IMG/VR virus record: IMGVR_UViG_3300023263_000004
Location: 1 to 44,715 of that record
Length of the DNA stretch: 44,715 nt
DNA from: a virus
Taxonomy: Duplodnaviria; Caudoviricetes
Reading direction: 5' to 3' (one strand)
Position numbers and translations under genes: made by a program. Below, one piece after another: positions 44,204-44,715 of the stretch; position 1 is the first letter of the stretch, and every line of letters starts with the position of its first letter. The notes under the pieces are model-generated. The model had not been told where the DNA came from. It saw only the letters and a program-made list of their open reading frames with translations, and searched no databases.

Positions 44204-44495
44204 CAGGAGAGCACGCGCCCAACGCTTGCGCGTGTACGCACGTACACCAACACGTCGAGCACACCAGCACCTGTACGACTGGGCTTGGCGTAAGTACAGC
44301 AAGCGCAGGCTGGCCGAGCATCCAGCGTGTGCGCAATGCATGCGTGAGGGTAGGACACGGCGCGCGGTAGTGACCGACCACATCAAGGACCACGACGGCG
44401 ACCCCGTTCTGTTCCGTGATCCCGATAACCACCAATCGCTATGCAAGATATGCCACGACCAGAAGACCAGGCGCGAGCATGTGCCCGACCTCTAG
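44166..44495 (+). CDS. HNH endonuclease (packaging cofactor, HK97 gp74-like)
   Basis: HPACAQC, VTDHIKDH, NHQSLCKICHDQKT; terminal position before cos. Confidence 0.92.
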   Translation: MPKRPPVHRPAGSRRARAQRLRVYARTPTRRAHQHLYDWAWRKYSKRRLAEHPACAQCMREGRTRRAVVTDHIKDHDGDPVLFRDPDNHQSLCKICHDQKTRREHVPDL

Positions 44496-44499
44496 CGCG

Positions 44500-44522
44500 A
44501 AACCTGCGCGGCGTGCATGATC
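44500..44522 (+). promoter_or_regulatory. operator/promoter-like site upstream of the cos and late operon
   Basis: AAACCTGCGCG-G-CGTGCATGAT. Confidence 0.55.
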
Positions 44523-44639
44523 TGTAACGCTCAACGATGACAACGAACGGGGTGAACCATGCGAGCCAAGCTACGGGTGCGATGCCTGAGCGTCGAAGCG
44601 CGCGGCGACGATGCGTTGCTGCGGTCAATAGTGACGCAC

Positions 44640-44715
44640 GTCCTGGGGGCTCCTGCGAGGCCAGGGGGCGGGGGTAGGGGGCGGGTGAAAAGTCAGCGCG
44701 AAAGGGTCCCGCGAG
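44640..44715. other. right genome end, cos-proximal region
   Basis: GGGGGCGGGTGAAAAGTC-like G-rich sequence after the HNH gene, typical of HK97-like cos ends. Confidence 0.55.

Noticed and set aside
1-44715. tRNA genes, IS elements, att sites, reverse transcriptase/DGR
   Set aside because: No cloverleaf with a T-loop consensus, transposase, integrase or RT motif was recognised by eye.

Overview
This is an apparently complete, roughly 44.7 kb, GC-rich siphovirus-like phage genome opened at its cos region: it starts just upstream of the packaging genes and ends after the HNH packaging endonuclease. The left arm (+ strand) carries a ParB-fused DNA methyltransferase, P27-type terS, terL, an HK97-type portal, protease and capsid, then neck and tail genes and a GTA-like tail tip (DUF2460, DUF2163, NlpC/P60, a 1822-aa tail protein, DUF2793, LamG). 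The right arm holds small early genes, a C5 methyltransferase encoded in two overlapping frames, one XRE-HTH regulator, DUF5131, DUF1643, an inverted lysis cassette, a secreted Ig/FN3 protein, a RuvC-like nuclease and the HNH gene. Five things stand out. (1) A 5.8 kb cassette of eight glycosyltransferase-like and SAM-methyltransferase genes sits between the capsid and neck genes and is a candidate virion glycosylation and glycan-methylation system. Its first enzyme appears to be fused to a small post-capsid protein by a -1 frameshift at G GGA AAA (8036-8042). (2) A module at 38.5-39.35 kb has a lasso-precursor-like 43-aa peptide followed by a highly structured candidate ncRNA of about 400 nt. 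(3) A hairpin-dense region of about 870 nt lacks a convincing ORF. (4) No integrase or replication gene is recognisable anywhere. (5) A palindromic operator-like motif recurs at five intergenic sites. All calls come from motif recognition by eye; no database searches were run.
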